Source of the DNA: Patescibacteria group bacterium
GTDB lineage: Bacteria; Patescibacteriota; Patescibacteriia; CAIXNZ01
Length of the DNA stretch: 64,000 nucleotides
Assembly (NCBI GenBank): GCA_041651155.1
Contig: JBAZJU010000004.1
Location: forward strand, 39,427 to 103,426
Direction of reading: 5' to 3'
In this document: one piece after another, positions 55,035 through 63,311 of the stretch
Numbering within the stretch: the stretch's first letter is position 1
Layout: each line of letters begins with the position of its first letter
The notes under the pieces: model-generated
Told to the model about the DNA's origin: nothing
The model's database searches: none
Seen by the model: the letters and a program-made list of their open reading frames with translations, nothing else
Position numbers and translations under genes: made by a program

Positions 55035-55508
55035 GTGAAAAAAATTGTGATTTTAACAATCTGTCTGAGCCTTTTGCTGAATAGCGCCTGTCTGAAGAAA
55101 GTCTATCAGAAGCTTGACAGCCTTGATGCCAAGGTAACTCAATTCCACCAAGAAGAAATGAGTGCCATGCAAAAGAACCATCAGGAGGCTATGGCTGCAA
55201 TCTCTGACTTGAATAAGGCCATCAGTAAAAACAGCCGCAAAGTGGAAGAGCTGGGCAAAAAGTTGGATGTGCTCATTCAAAAAGGAGTCATTGTTTCTGG
55301 CCAGATGTATAGCTATGCCACTGTTCACGTGCGCGAAGGCCCTTCTGTGCGATTCAAAAGCGTTGGCTACCTAAAAGGCGGCGAAGTAATCAAAATTGAC
55401 CGCATTGAGAAGAAATGGGCCAGAATTAAAGAAGGGAAATGGCAAGGCAAATGGTGCACGCTACTTTACATGCAATTAAGCGTGGAACCGATTGCTGAAC
55501 CGCAATAA
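55035..55508 (+). CDS. Lipoprotein with coiled-coil region and C-terminal bacterial SH3 (SH3b)-like domain; GC-enriched gene
   Basis: GTG start with AAAGGAGGTG RBS, LLNSAC lipobox, SH3b-like YATVHVREGPS...GYLKGGEVIKI...W segment. GC is visibly higher than the flanks. Confidence 0.45.
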   Translation: MKKIVILTICLSLLLNSACLKKVYQKLDSLDAKVTQFHQEEMSAMQKNHQEAMAAISDLNKAISKNSRKVEELGKKLDVLIQKGVIVSGQMYSYATVHVREGPSVRFKSVGYLKGGEVIKIDRIEKKWARIKEGKWQGKWCTLLYMQLSVEPIAEPQ

Positions 55509-55702
55509 TCAGCATCAAAGGGCGAGGAGAAATCCTTGCCCTTTTTTAATTGGGATACTAATTTACTAATTTGTTACTAATATACGAATATTTCCCATAT
55601 TAATAACCTAATAGCCAAATTACCTAATAACCCAATTATCCCTATTACGTTTGAATTTTTCACTAAATTGTATTAAACTCAAGATAAGCTAAATTTTAAA
55701 AT

Positions 55703-57274
55703 ATGCTTGAAAAAATGCCGCAATTTGAGGAAAAAGAGAAACCTTTAAAAGATAAAAAGGAGGCTTTTTCATATTGGGCACTTTTAGAGTCAACTTCTGA
55801 CAAATCAGTTGCCGAATCAGTTAAAAATATTGCTAAAAGAAAAAAGGCTTTAGTAAAATTGCAGGAAATGGGCTGGGAAAATTTTGAGGATTTTAAAATT
55901 CATGGCATTAATATAGACTCTATTGTCAAAGGTTCAAGGGAAAGAAAGGGCTTATGGGAAAAGTATTCTGCCTTTGGCAATTTTCCCGCTAAAACAGTAG
56001 AAACTATTAATGGCCAGATTGATTTAAGCGGACCAGTTTTTGGTGCAAAGCCCGAGGCTTACAAATGGAAAGCTGTTTTGTCCGAAGAAAGTTTAACGCC
56101 TGAGAAAACATATTTTACATTAGATATAGCTTTGCTTGATGAAAAAAAACCTTGGGAAACTCGCGAGGGCGCAGATGAAATAATTGAGCAAATTGAAAAA
56201 AATATTAAGAAAAATAAACTGGATATAAGTTTCCCTTTTGCTCGTTCCTTGGGGCAGGAAGCTCTGCGACGCGCTTTGCCTGATATTTTTAAAGAAATAA
56301 AAAAATATATCTGGGAAAAATGTTATCCGCTTGCTGCTGTTGATAAGAATGTGGCTAATTTAGAATTTCGCTTGGAGACTGAAATTTCCAGGGAAATTGA
56401 CCAGGCAAGAGAGGCGGAAATTATTGAAGGTTTAAAAAAGAGGGAATTTGATGAAAAAATATTTTATTTAGGTGCTGGTGCGGAAAAATATTTGGAATAT
56501 TTAAAGAGCGAGGAAAACCTATTGTCTAATTTTGAATTGCAACTGATGAAAAAAAGTTTGGACAAATTAGTGCCTTTTATTAATAAGAGAACAATCTATG
56601 ATTTAGGCCCGGCAAATGCCTTGAAAGTTATTCCACTTTTAGAAAAACAGCTAGAAACACAAGAAGAAGTTGAGTATGTGCCAATTGATATAAATCCGGC
56701 CATGATTTTTGCAGCTGCGGCGAATATAAATAATCCCAAGGTTAAGGTTGAAGGTAAAATTTTAGATTTTACAAAGCCAATGGCCGGGAAATTAGAGATC
56801 GGCTCTAAATTTTTTACTTTGCTCGGCAACACCCTGGGTAATGGGGATGAAAATTATCAGAAAGGACTTTTGAAAAATATAAATCAGGCCATGACTGCGG
56901 CTGATTATTTAATGGTTGGCATTCATTTAAAAAGCGATTGGCAAGAGATATTAAAAAGTTATGAGTCAAAAAGCGGCAGGGAAGTGTTTTTAACTGCAGT
57001 TGAGAATATTGGCTTTCCTTTGGCTAAAATTGATTTAGAAATAATTGCTGACCAAAAAAATAGGCAGATTAAAGCCATTGTTAAAATTAAAGAAGATTTA
57101 CAGGTTAAAGGGGTTGATTTTAAGCAGGGAGAAAATTTAACAATTTTTGTCTCGCAAAAATATGAGGTGGGTGAATTGGCCAAATTAGCGCAAAGCGCTG
57201 GTTTGGATGTTGAGAAAACTTTTTTGGATGAGAAGAATCAATATGAGTTGGCTGTGTTGAGGAAAGGGAAATAA
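55703..57274 (+). CDS. Hypothetical protein with C-terminal EgtD-like (histidine-specific methyltransferase family) SAM-MTase-like domain
   Basis: YDLGPANALK...YVPIDINPAM...LLGNTLGNGDENYQ resembles the EgtD-family LGSTIGN motif region. The N-terminal ~250 aa are novel. Confidence 0.4.
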   Translation: MLEKMPQFEEKEKPLKDKKEAFSYWALLESTSDKSVAESVKNIAKRKKALVKLQEMGWENFEDFKIHGINIDSIVKGSRERKGLWEKYSAFGNFPAKTVETINGQIDLSGPVFGAKPEAYKWKAVLSEESLTPEKTYFTLDIALLDEKKPWETREGADEIIEQIEKNIKKNKLDISFPFARSLGQEALRRALPDIFKEIKKYIWEKCYPLAAVDKNVANLEFRLETEISREIDQAREAEIIEGLKKREFDEKIFYLGAGAEKYLEYLKSEENLLSNFELQLMKKSLDKLVPFINKRTIYDLGPANALKVIPLLEKQLETQEEVEYVPIDINPAMIFAAAANINNPKVKVEGKILDFTKPMAGKLEIGSKFFTLLGNTLGNGDENYQKGLLKNINQAMTAADYLMVGIHLKSDWQEILKSYESKSGREVFLTAVENIGFPLAKIDLEIIADQKNRQIKAIVKIKEDLQVKGVDFKQGENLTIFVSQKYEVGELAKLAQSAGLDVEKTFLDEKNQYELAVLRKGK

Positions 57275-57282
57275 AAAAAAGA

Positions 57283-57367
57283 CAAACCGTCCACGTGTCA
57301 TCCAGAACGAAGTGAAGGATCCTTAACTTCAAGGATTCCACGCTTTGCTCTGAATGACGGTTTGTCT
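57283..57367. terminator. Convergent bidirectional terminator: 12-bp long-range stem agacaaaccgtc/gacggtttgtct with A/T runs and a nested hairpin
   Basis: Lies between the converging 55703 and 57377 genes. Confidence 0.5.
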
Positions 57368-57376
57368 TTTTTTATT

Positions 57377-58114
57377 TTATTTCAATTTTTCCCAAAAGAA
57401 TTTATGGATCAGGGCCATGGTTTTGGCGATTTCTTTTGATTCAATAATCACGCCCATGAGTTCATTTGCTTTAAATGACATGAAAGCGACTTTATTGCCA
57501 TAGATATTTATTTCAATGGAAAAGGGATAATCTTTTTCCGGAATTAATTTTGTTTCTCGTAATTCCTTAGTATCTCTTTCTTGATATTCTTTGGCTAAAG
57601 GCGCATCAGGCGCAATGACTTTGGCCATTATTTTTTTCTCTATTCTTTGCTGGACATATTGCTGGGTTAGATAATCTATAAGAGGGGATTTATAAGCAGT
57701 AGCCACAGAAACAAAAGCCAATATGTCTTTGCCTTCTTTAATCGTATCAGCATAAACACTTTTAATGCCTTCTTCACCTTCATAAAACCTGATTTTGGGT
57801 TTAACAGGTGAAACCTTGCTTAAGGCCTCTAATTCAGGCAGGATTTGGTTTAAGGTTTTTTGCTTTTGGGCAATTACCTGGGCTAAATGGCTTGGTTCAG
57901 CAGCTAAAAAATAACGTTTTTTGCCTTTGGGTATAACAGTAATAAGATTCTGCTTAATTAAATTTTCTAGTAATTCATAAACAGTGCTTCTTTTAATTTG
58001 GGCTTTTTTAGCAATATTTTGCACTGAAGTTAGCCCCAATTCCAGGGAGGCCAGGTAAATACTGGCTTCTTTTTGGTTTAGGCCAAGTGTTTGGAGTTGG
58101 TCTTGTAATGACAT
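57377..58114 (-). CDS. TrmB-family transcriptional regulator (HTH)
   Basis: N-terminal winged HTH (EASIYLASLELG...TVQNIAKKAQIKRSTVYELL) and TrmB-like C-terminal domain; 245 aa. Confidence 0.7.
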   Translation of the reverse strand: MSLQDQLQTLGLNQKEASIYLASLELGLTSVQNIAKKAQIKRSTVYELLENLIKQNLITVIPKGKKRYFLAAEPSHLAQVIAQKQKTLNQILPELEALSKVSPVKPKIRFYEGEEGIKSVYADTIKEGKDILAFVSVATAYKSPLIDYLTQQYVQQRIEKKIMAKVIAPDAPLAKEYQERDTKELRETKLIPEKDYPFSIEINIYGNKVAFMSFKANELMGVIIESKEIAKTMALIHKFFWEKLK

Positions 58115-58130
58115 ATGAATACTTAAACCA

Positions 58131-58195
58131 CAGAATTTAGCTCACAGAATACACAGAAAATTCAGTGTTTTTCTGTGAATTTATTCAGTGGTTTA
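58131..58195. promoter_or_regulatory. Operator-like CACAGAA/TTCTGTG repeat cluster in the trmB-like promoter region
   Basis: ccacagaatttagctcacagaatacacagaaaattcagtgtttttctgtgaattt. Confidence 0.4.
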
Positions 58196-58269
58196 TTATT
58201 TCCTTAGTTTTGTCGCCTAAAAAGACAATATTATAATCTAAAGTAATCATAGCATATCATGGCAAAAAT

Positions 58270-58339
58270 GTCAAGATTTCCGCCGACATTTGAAATTATT
58301 GTCGGAAGTATTGACAAGAATAATAATAATTGCTATAAT
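58270..58339 (+). promoter_or_regulatory. Consensus sigma70 promoter (TTGACA 58311-58316, 17 bp, TATAAT 58334-58339) overlapped by nested palindromes
   Basis: Nested pairs tgtcaag...cttgaca and ccgacatt...attgtcgg surround the -35 element. Drives ORF 58423. Confidence 0.5.
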
Positions 58340-58422
58340 TTAGTGTTTAAGAATGAATATTTAAAACAGAAACCAAATCCGCTATCAACGGGTATAAAAC
58401 CAATCTTAAAGGAGTACAAGAA

Positions 58423-58731
58423 ATGGATTTAACGCGCATTAAAGAAGAGTCAAGAAAATTTGCACTAGGTATAGTTACAGATTATCTCAAAGAAGTAAGG
58501 GTCTCCTTCATAAACGAAAAGGATGTTGTGTATTTGGTGGATGTGCAGGAAATAAAGAATTTGTTTGATGAGGTGGGCATAACTGTCCGAGAAAAAGAAT
58601 TGGCTGATATGTTGAATGAATTAATGTTCGGCCAAAAAAGGGTCGCAAACTTCAGAGTGGAGCATCTATTTCCGGAGTTTTGCAAGGACGGAACCCATTT
58701 CAGGGTAATAAAGATTTCGGAATTGGAATAA
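58423..58731 (+). CDS. Cassette-region ORF 1: small soluble hypothetical protein
   Basis: 102 aa; GGAG RBS. Confidence 0.4.
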   Translation: MDLTRIKEESRKFALGIVTDYLKEVRVSFINEKDVVYLVDVQEIKNLFDEVGITVREKELADMLNELMFGQKRVANFRVEHLFPEFCKDGTHFRVIKISELE

Positions 58732-58780
58732 ACATTCCTGAAATTTCGGGCAAGTTAATTATAAAAGTTAGCTTGCCCAT

Positions 58781-58822
58781 CGTCTTTAGCCCAGAAAATT
58801 TTTTCGTGGGTTAAAAAACGGG
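58781..58822 (+). repeat. Cassette box1 copy a (cgtctttagcccagaaaattttttcgtgggttaaaaaacgg), preceded by hairpin gggcaag...cttgccc
   Basis: Conserved ~41-bp box, then conserved aatgttctttacaaaagaaaggag RBS box, then an ATG. Confidence 0.7.
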
Positions 58823-58852
58823 AATGTTCTTTACAAAAGAAAGGAGAAAAAA

Positions 58853-59140
58853 ATGAAAAAGAAGATACATTGGGCAATTTGGCTGGTTATAATTCTGATT
58901 GTGCTTTTTGTGGTTTTGGGCAACTGTTGGTTAGCAATATTATGCGGCTATAAATTAACCGCAGATATTATTGCTATATGGAAACATCCTGAAATAATTA
59001 CGATCTGCAAAATCCTTATTCTTCTGGCGGAGGTCTGCATCATTCCGATGTGCATACTTATGACAATTTGTTTGTGCAAATCTGCCAATAAGAAAAAATT
59101 GTTAGAAGAATTTGGCGAATGGGAGGATATATCGGAATAG
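58853..59140 (+). CDS. Cassette ORF 2: small two-TM membrane protein
   Basis: 95 aa; box1 plus RBS box upstream. Confidence 0.5.
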   Translation: MKKKIHWAIWLVIILIVLFVVLGNCWLAILCGYKLTADIIAIWKHPEIITICKILILLAEVCIIPMCILMTICLCKSANKKKLLEEFGEWEDISE

Positions 59141-59197
59141 AGATTTGCAATCGCTTGTGATTTATCGGGCAGAAATTGTCCTGCAATTTTTGCCCAT

Positions 59198-59238
59198 CGT
59201 CTTTAGCCCGGGAAATTTTTTCATGGGTTAAAATACGG
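59198..59238 (+). repeat. Cassette box1 copy b
   Basis: cgtctttagcccgggaaattttttcatgggttaaaatacgg, preceded by hairpin gggcag...ctgccc-like at 59167-59195. Confidence 0.7.
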
Positions 59239-59287
59239 ACTTTAAAACAAATCAAAACTCCGCTGAAAGCGGGAAGGGAGAGAAAAA

Positions 59288-59593
59288 ATGCCCGAATTGG
59301 TAGAAGTAATATCCATAATCGTATCAGATGAAGAAGTCTACATTACAACAAAAGATGGGGAAACAACTGCGGAAAGGCAGACAACACTTGAAGAAATAGA
59401 TATAACAAATATCTTCATGTCTGATCCTGCAGCAGTTTTGTATGACACTCAAAGAAATGCAATAAGGCTGGATCATAGTTATTGGCAGGCTAAATTTTTC
59501 AGCGAAATTAACCGTGATATCTGCCGGCAAATCGCATATTTAGCCTTAATGAAGGTAATGCAGCATTCTTTCTTGAAAGCTCACAATAGGTAA
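59288..59593 (+). CDS. Cassette ORF 3: small soluble hypothetical protein
   Basis: 101 aa; GGGAGAG RBS. Confidence 0.45.
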   Translation: MPELVEVISIIVSDEEVYITTKDGETTAERQTTLEEIDITNIFMSDPAAVLYDTQRNAIRLDHSYWQAKFFSEINRDICRQIAYLALMKVMQHSFLKAHNR

Positions 59594-59660
59594 AAAAGTT
59601 AAATCCAATTCGGGCGATTTCGCTGCACCAGGCTTCGGCCTAGACAACGGAATCGCCCAT

Positions 59661-59701
59661 CGTCTTTAGCTCAGGAAATTTTTTCGTGGGTTAAAAAACG
59701 G
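59661..59701 (+). repeat. Cassette box1 copy c
   Basis: cgtctttagctcaggaaattttttcgtgggttaaaaaacgg, preceded by gggcgat...atcgccc-type hairpin. Confidence 0.7.
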
Positions 59702-59747
59702 ATTGAACTTTAAAACTAAAGGCACGAAGTGCCAAAAGGAGGAAGAA

Positions 59748-59933
59748 ATGAAAGATAAAATTATCACTCTATTTTGGCGGACAATTATTTGTCTGGGCGC
59801 GGTACGGGCAATATGTCCCATTGTTATAGGGGACTTTAACTTTGATGATTTTTTTTGGGGTTTTTTCTTTTTTAGTTGGGCTGTATGGATGTACGACATT
59901 CATAAGTGGGGCAAAAAATTAACTAAAAATTAA
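59748..59933 (+). CDS. Cassette ORF 4: 61-aa two-TM membrane peptide
   Basis: ATG at 59748 behind a GGAGG RBS; the track ORF starts upstream at 59703. Confidence 0.4.
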   Translation: MKDKIITLFWRTIICLGAVRAICPIVIGDFNFDDFFWGFFFFSWAVWMYDIHKWGKKLTKN

Positions 59934-59970
59934 CCCAAAATTATCTTTCGGGCGATCCCAAATCGCCCCT

Positions 59971-60011
59971 CGTCTTTAGCCCAGGAAATTTTTTCGTGGG
60001 TTAAAAAACGG
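59971..60011 (+). repeat. Cassette box1 copy d
   Basis: cgtctttagcccaggaaattttttcgtgggttaaaaaacgg, preceded by hairpin gggcgat-ccca-aatcgccc. Confidence 0.7.
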
Positions 60012-60042
60012 AATTGTTCTTTAAAAACAAAAGGAGGAAAGA

Positions 60043-60456
60043 ATGAAAATCAACAAAAATAGCTGGCATTATCGTTTGGTTTTAAAACAGGTAAAAAACG
60101 AAATCTGCCCTTTCAATGAAAGCTATTATATGCCTGACACCAGTTGCGCATATTTTGCCAAATTGATTAAAGTGGCTTTTCTTAATTTTTGCAAACTGGT
60201 TTTGGGCCTTTTTGTTCTGGGAATGAGCTATGGATTTTCCTGGGCCGTGATTGAAGATCCTTTACCGTTAATCTGCGTTCTCGTCTCTGTATCTTTGGCC
60301 ATCGGACTCACGATTGGATTACGTTTTCTTAGTGAGATGATTAGTGGCCTGTATTGGCCGATCAAACTAAGGTTAAAGCAATTCTGTCTGTATCGTCTGT
60401 ATTGGCCGATCAAACTAAGGTTAAAGAAATTCTGTGCCAAGATTGAATATACCTAA
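60043..60456 (+). CDS. Cassette ORF 5: membrane protein with N-terminus MKINKNSWHYRLV (paralog of ORF 62853) and an internal 16-aa tandem repeat
   Basis: 137 aa; a 48-bp tandem duplication at 60349-60435 encodes LYWPIKLRLKQFC twice. Confidence 0.5.
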   Translation: MKINKNSWHYRLVLKQVKNEICPFNESYYMPDTSCAYFAKLIKVAFLNFCKLVLGLFVLGMSYGFSWAVIEDPLPLICVLVSVSLAIGLTIGLRFLSEMISGLYWPIKLRLKQFCLYRLYWPIKLRLKKFCAKIEYT

Positions 60457-60492
60457 AAACGGAAATGTTCTTTACAAAAGAAAGGAGAGAAA

Positions 60493-60993
60493 ATGAAAAG
60501 TCTAAATGAAATGACTGGGGTAGAGGCTATTGAAGCTTTTATTGAAGGCGCTAGAAAATTTACGCTTCAAGATATTGTTTCAATTTTCGGGGCTAACGAC
60601 TTTCAAATTCTTAGCCGCAAAGCGCGAATAAGCATTATGGAATTTTTCAGTGAACAATCTTTTCTTTTTAAGCCCATGGATAGGGCGAACTACGAAGAAG
60701 AATATCTTCAAAAATTCTTTTCATTCATTGGCGTGGACTCTACCTTGCCAATAAACGAAGTAGAGATTATTGAAAAGTCAATGAAAAATGGCAACGGTAA
60801 TGCGGTGCGTAATATATTTAGCATTGTCATCCGTGCCAACCCTTTAGTCCTCGGTGATTTAAGCAAAAAAGCCAAGGAACAAATGCTTTACCATTTGCAC
60901 GATGGAAGAATTAATGCAGAAGAGGAAGTTCTTAACAAAGACAATTTCCGCTCCCCCGAATATATCGCAGGGCTAAAAGCCTTGCTTTCCTGA
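60493..60993 (+). CDS. Cassette ORF 6: 166-aa soluble hypothetical protein
   Basis: Preceded by a degenerate box (only taaaaacgg plus the RBS box retained, 60454-60492). Confidence 0.45.
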   Translation: MKSLNEMTGVEAIEAFIEGARKFTLQDIVSIFGANDFQILSRKARISIMEFFSEQSFLFKPMDRANYEEEYLQKFFSFIGVDSTLPINEVEIIEKSMKNGNGNAVRNIFSIVIRANPLVLGDLSKKAKEQMLYHLHDGRINAEEEVLNKDNFRSPEYIAGLKALLS

Positions 60994-61045
60994 TAAAACT
61001 TAAATTTTCGGTGAACCAGATTCTCTTGGGAACTGGTTCACCTTT

Positions 61046-61085
61046 CGTCTTTAGCCCAGGAAATTTTTCGTGGGTTGAAATACGG
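61046..61085 (+). repeat. Cassette box1 copy f
   Basis: cgtctttagcccaggaaatttttcgtgggttgaaatacgg, preceded by hairpin ggtgaaccag...ctggttcacc plus ttt. Confidence 0.7.
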
Positions 61086-61115
61086 AAATGTTCTTTTAAA
61101 AAGAAAGGAGAAAAA

Positions 61116-61469
61116 ATGTCTGCATTGTATGTTCTGATTATGGTTTTAGTGGCAGTAGTATTATTTCTTGTCTTAATGGGAGGTGGAGATGATGATCGAA
61201 CAAGAAGACAAAAATTTGTCCGAGACAATCCGGATCTCTGCAACATTATCACCATTGAGCCAGACAAGGAATATCTGGTGATAATCAAATCTGACGTACC
61301 AATATGGGTATTTGATGATTATGCTGTCCTAAAACAGGGTTTGGCAAGTTTAGTAGCAACTCATCCTCGCTATTATTTAACCAAAATTTGGACGACTAAC
61401 GGATCAGATAACCCAGACGAGATGATGATTAGAATGGGATACCGAGTTTTTGTTCTCAATAATACGTAA
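61116..61469 (+). CDS. Cassette ORF 7: 117-aa protein with N-terminal TM helix
   Basis: ATG at 61116 behind AAAGGAG; the track ORF starts upstream at 61011. Confidence 0.45.
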   Translation: MSALYVLIMVLVAVVLFLVLMGGGDDDRTRRQKFVRDNPDLCNIITIEPDKEYLVIIKSDVPIWVFDDYAVLKQGLASLVATHPRYYLTKIWTTNGSDNPDEMMIRMGYRVFVLNNT

Positions 61470-61517
61470 GAAAAAAAATAATCTTATCGGGCGATTCCGC
61501 TGCGCGGAATCGCCCAT

Positions 61518-61557
61518 CGTCTTTAGCCCGGGACAATGTGTCATGGGTTAAAAAACG
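61518..61557 (+). repeat. Cassette box1 copy g (variant carrying the embedded palindrome gacaatgtgtc at 61532-61542)
   Basis: cgtctttagcccgggacaatgtgtcatgggttaaaaaacgg, preceded by perfect hairpin gggcgattccg-ctgcg-cggaatcgccc. A ~75-nt hairpin-containing leader follows before the RBS. Confidence 0.7.
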
Positions 61558-61662
61558 GAAAAATGTTCTTTAAAACAAAAGTCCGCCTTTGCATCCATCC
61601 CCCGTAGAAGTAGTCTGCTAATGAGGACGAGCAAGGCTATGGCGGACAAAGGGAGGAAGAAA

Positions 61663-62109
61663 ATGAAAATTTTGTTGTTCGGTCTTGTCGTCTTAGGATA
61701 TTCAGGCGCATTAATTTGGTTAGCCCGGAGATGTAAAAGAGAGGGTCTCCCTAAAACAGTGGCTCATTCACTTCTGATTGCTACCCCCGTTTCCCTTTTT
61801 GTAGTCATGCCGCTTTTTGCCTGGAATGAAAGTCTAACACTTATTGAATATTCCGGCTGGCTTGCTTTAGGAATTATGTTGCCAATAACAGCATTGATTG
61901 CTTACGACAGAATTAACGTGGGAGATGAATCTGAGGGAATATTGGAAGAAATGGTAGCGATTAAAGATATATTGTCGCTTGTTTTTTCCAATATTTTTCT
62001 AGTTATTGCCGTTGCCATGTTTTTACTTCCCATGGCTCTGTCTCATCTGATTTTTACGCTGATATCCAAAAAAATGAGAGGCGAGTTATCTGAAGATGAT
62101 GGATTCTAA
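61663..62109 (+). CDS. Cassette ORF 8: ~148-aa polytopic membrane protein
   Basis: ATG at 61663 behind a GGGAGG RBS; four predicted TM helices. Confidence 0.45.
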   Translation: MKILLFGLVVLGYSGALIWLARRCKREGLPKTVAHSLLIATPVSLFVVMPLFAWNESLTLIEYSGWLALGIMLPITALIAYDRINVGDESEGILEEMVAIKDILSLVFSNIFLVIAVAMFLLPMALSHLIFTLISKKMRGELSEDDGF

Positions 62110-62186
62110 TTTTGAAAACCTAGCCTGAACCCTCTGTGTTTCATGCTATGCCGCAAATCCAACATGGTTTGCGGCTTCAACTCGAG

Positions 62187-62205
62187 CATAGGACAGTGTC
62201 ATATG
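62187..62205. promoter_or_regulatory. Palindromic operator-like site cataggaca-g-tgtcatatg upstream of ORF 62247
   Basis: 8/9-matching inverted repeat. The conserved tggagattg...ccttaaaaa box follows. A near-identical site lies at 62754-62776. Confidence 0.45.
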
Positions 62206-62246
62206 TTGGAGATTGAAAAAAGTACCTTAAAAAGGAGAATTAAATT

Positions 62247-62741
62247 ATGCCTATAGTAACTGGAGAATTCAGAGATCATTTTACAGTAGAAGTAGAGGAG
62301 ATGCCTAATCAATATGGTAAATACACTCTTTACGTGGATTTAGGTGAAGAAGTAAAAATTTTTATCCGCTATAGTAAAAGCGGCGAAAAATACCCTTGCA
62401 AAGAATTAAAAATGGAAATCAGCGGAATTACTAGAAGAGGATGCTGGAGAAGAATAACTAAGCCTAAAGAAAAATTGGAATCCTGGAAAAATAAACAAGG
62501 GTTAGGTCATTGTGTGGTATTTCATGATTGGCAAAGACCAGATATTCATCGGTTATTTGTTGATCTGGGAACTGAAGTAATAATTGAAATCAGGCGCTAT
62601 ACCGGTAAACTACTCTGGGGACATTGGCCGGAGCTAAAAAGCAATACTGAAATCGGCACAATAACAGCTAATGGGACTTGGAAAAGAAACATAAAACCAA
62701 AGGAGGAATCAATTTCGGTCAATCCACCTTTGGCGGATTGA
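62247..62741 (+). CDS. Cassette ORF 9: 164-aa soluble protein with two tandem ~60-aa internal repeats
   Basis: YTLYVDLGEEVKIFIRY... and HRLFVDLGTEVIIEIRRY... are paralogous halves. Confidence 0.45.
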   Translation: MPIVTGEFRDHFTVEVEEMPNQYGKYTLYVDLGEEVKIFIRYSKSGEKYPCKELKMEISGITRRGCWRRITKPKEKLESWKNKQGLGHCVVFHDWQRPDIHRLFVDLGTEVIIEIRRYTGKLLWGHWPELKSNTEIGTITANGTWKRNIKPKEESISVNPPLAD

Positions 62742-62753
62742 CCCTCAACTTGA

Positions 62754-62776
62754 GCATATGACAATGTGTCGTATGC
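62754..62776. promoter_or_regulatory. Palindromic operator-like site gcatatgaca-atg-tgtcgtatgc upstream of ORF 62853
   Basis: 9/10-matching inverted repeat sharing the GACA-n-TGTC core. Confidence 0.45.
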
Positions 62777-62852
62777 TGGAGATTGGGAAATGAACCTTAA
62801 AAAAGAAGGGTCGCTTTCGCATAAAGCTATGGCGACCAAAAGGAGGAAGAAA

Positions 62853-63221
62853 ATGAGAATCAACAAAAATAGCTGGCATTATCGTTTGGTAGAAAAAACG
62901 ATTGAAGATCACAGGTTTCATGTGGGGTGGAACCACAAATTACCTGAAAAAAAATGCAGATATTTTTTAATCTTACTGCATGGTATTTTTTCTTACGCAG
63001 TTGGGCCTGCATTAATAATGATAGGTCTTTGGCTCTTTATTATTCACCGTAAGGAATGGGTTTACATTTTACTAACATTTGCAATCTTTGCATTTGTTAG
63101 TACTGTATTTACTCTATTTGGTTACGGCTTGCATAAGCTGTATAAGTCACATGAAGAGGACTTCAAAAAATGGTTCAAAAAATGCAAAGACAAAATTTGC
63201 ACTGATGTTGAGTATTTCTAA
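62853..63221 (+). CDS. Cassette ORF 10: membrane protein with N-terminus MRINKNSWHYRLV (paralog of ORF 60043)
   Basis: ATG at 62853 behind a GGAGG RBS; two or three TM helices. Confidence 0.45.
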   Translation: MRINKNSWHYRLVEKTIEDHRFHVGWNHKLPEKKCRYFLILLHGIFSYAVGPALIMIGLWLFIIHRKEWVYILLTFAIFAFVSTVFTLFGYGLHKLYKSHEEDFKKWFKKCKDKICTDVEYF

Positions 63222-63263
63222 AAAATTTTCGGTGAGCCAGATCTAATAATCTGGTTCACCTTT

Positions 63264-63304
63264 CGTCTTTAGCCCGGGAAATTTTTTCATGGGTTAAAAA
63301 ACGG
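63264..63304 (+). repeat. Cassette box1 copy h
   Basis: cgtctttagcccgggaaattttttcatgggttaaaaaacgg, preceded by hairpin ggtgagccagat...atctggttcacc plus ttt. The REP-like element is inserted between box1 and the RBS box. Confidence 0.7.
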
Positions 63305-63311
63305 TCAATGC

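Noticed and set aside
58781-58822. Reading cassette box1 as a canonical sigma70 promoter or as an integron attC site
   Set aside because: No -35/-10 hexamers sit at 16-19-bp spacing within the box. The box has a GTTAAAA segment but it lacks the RYYYAAC/GTTRRRY inverted core pair of attC sites. Its function is left open.
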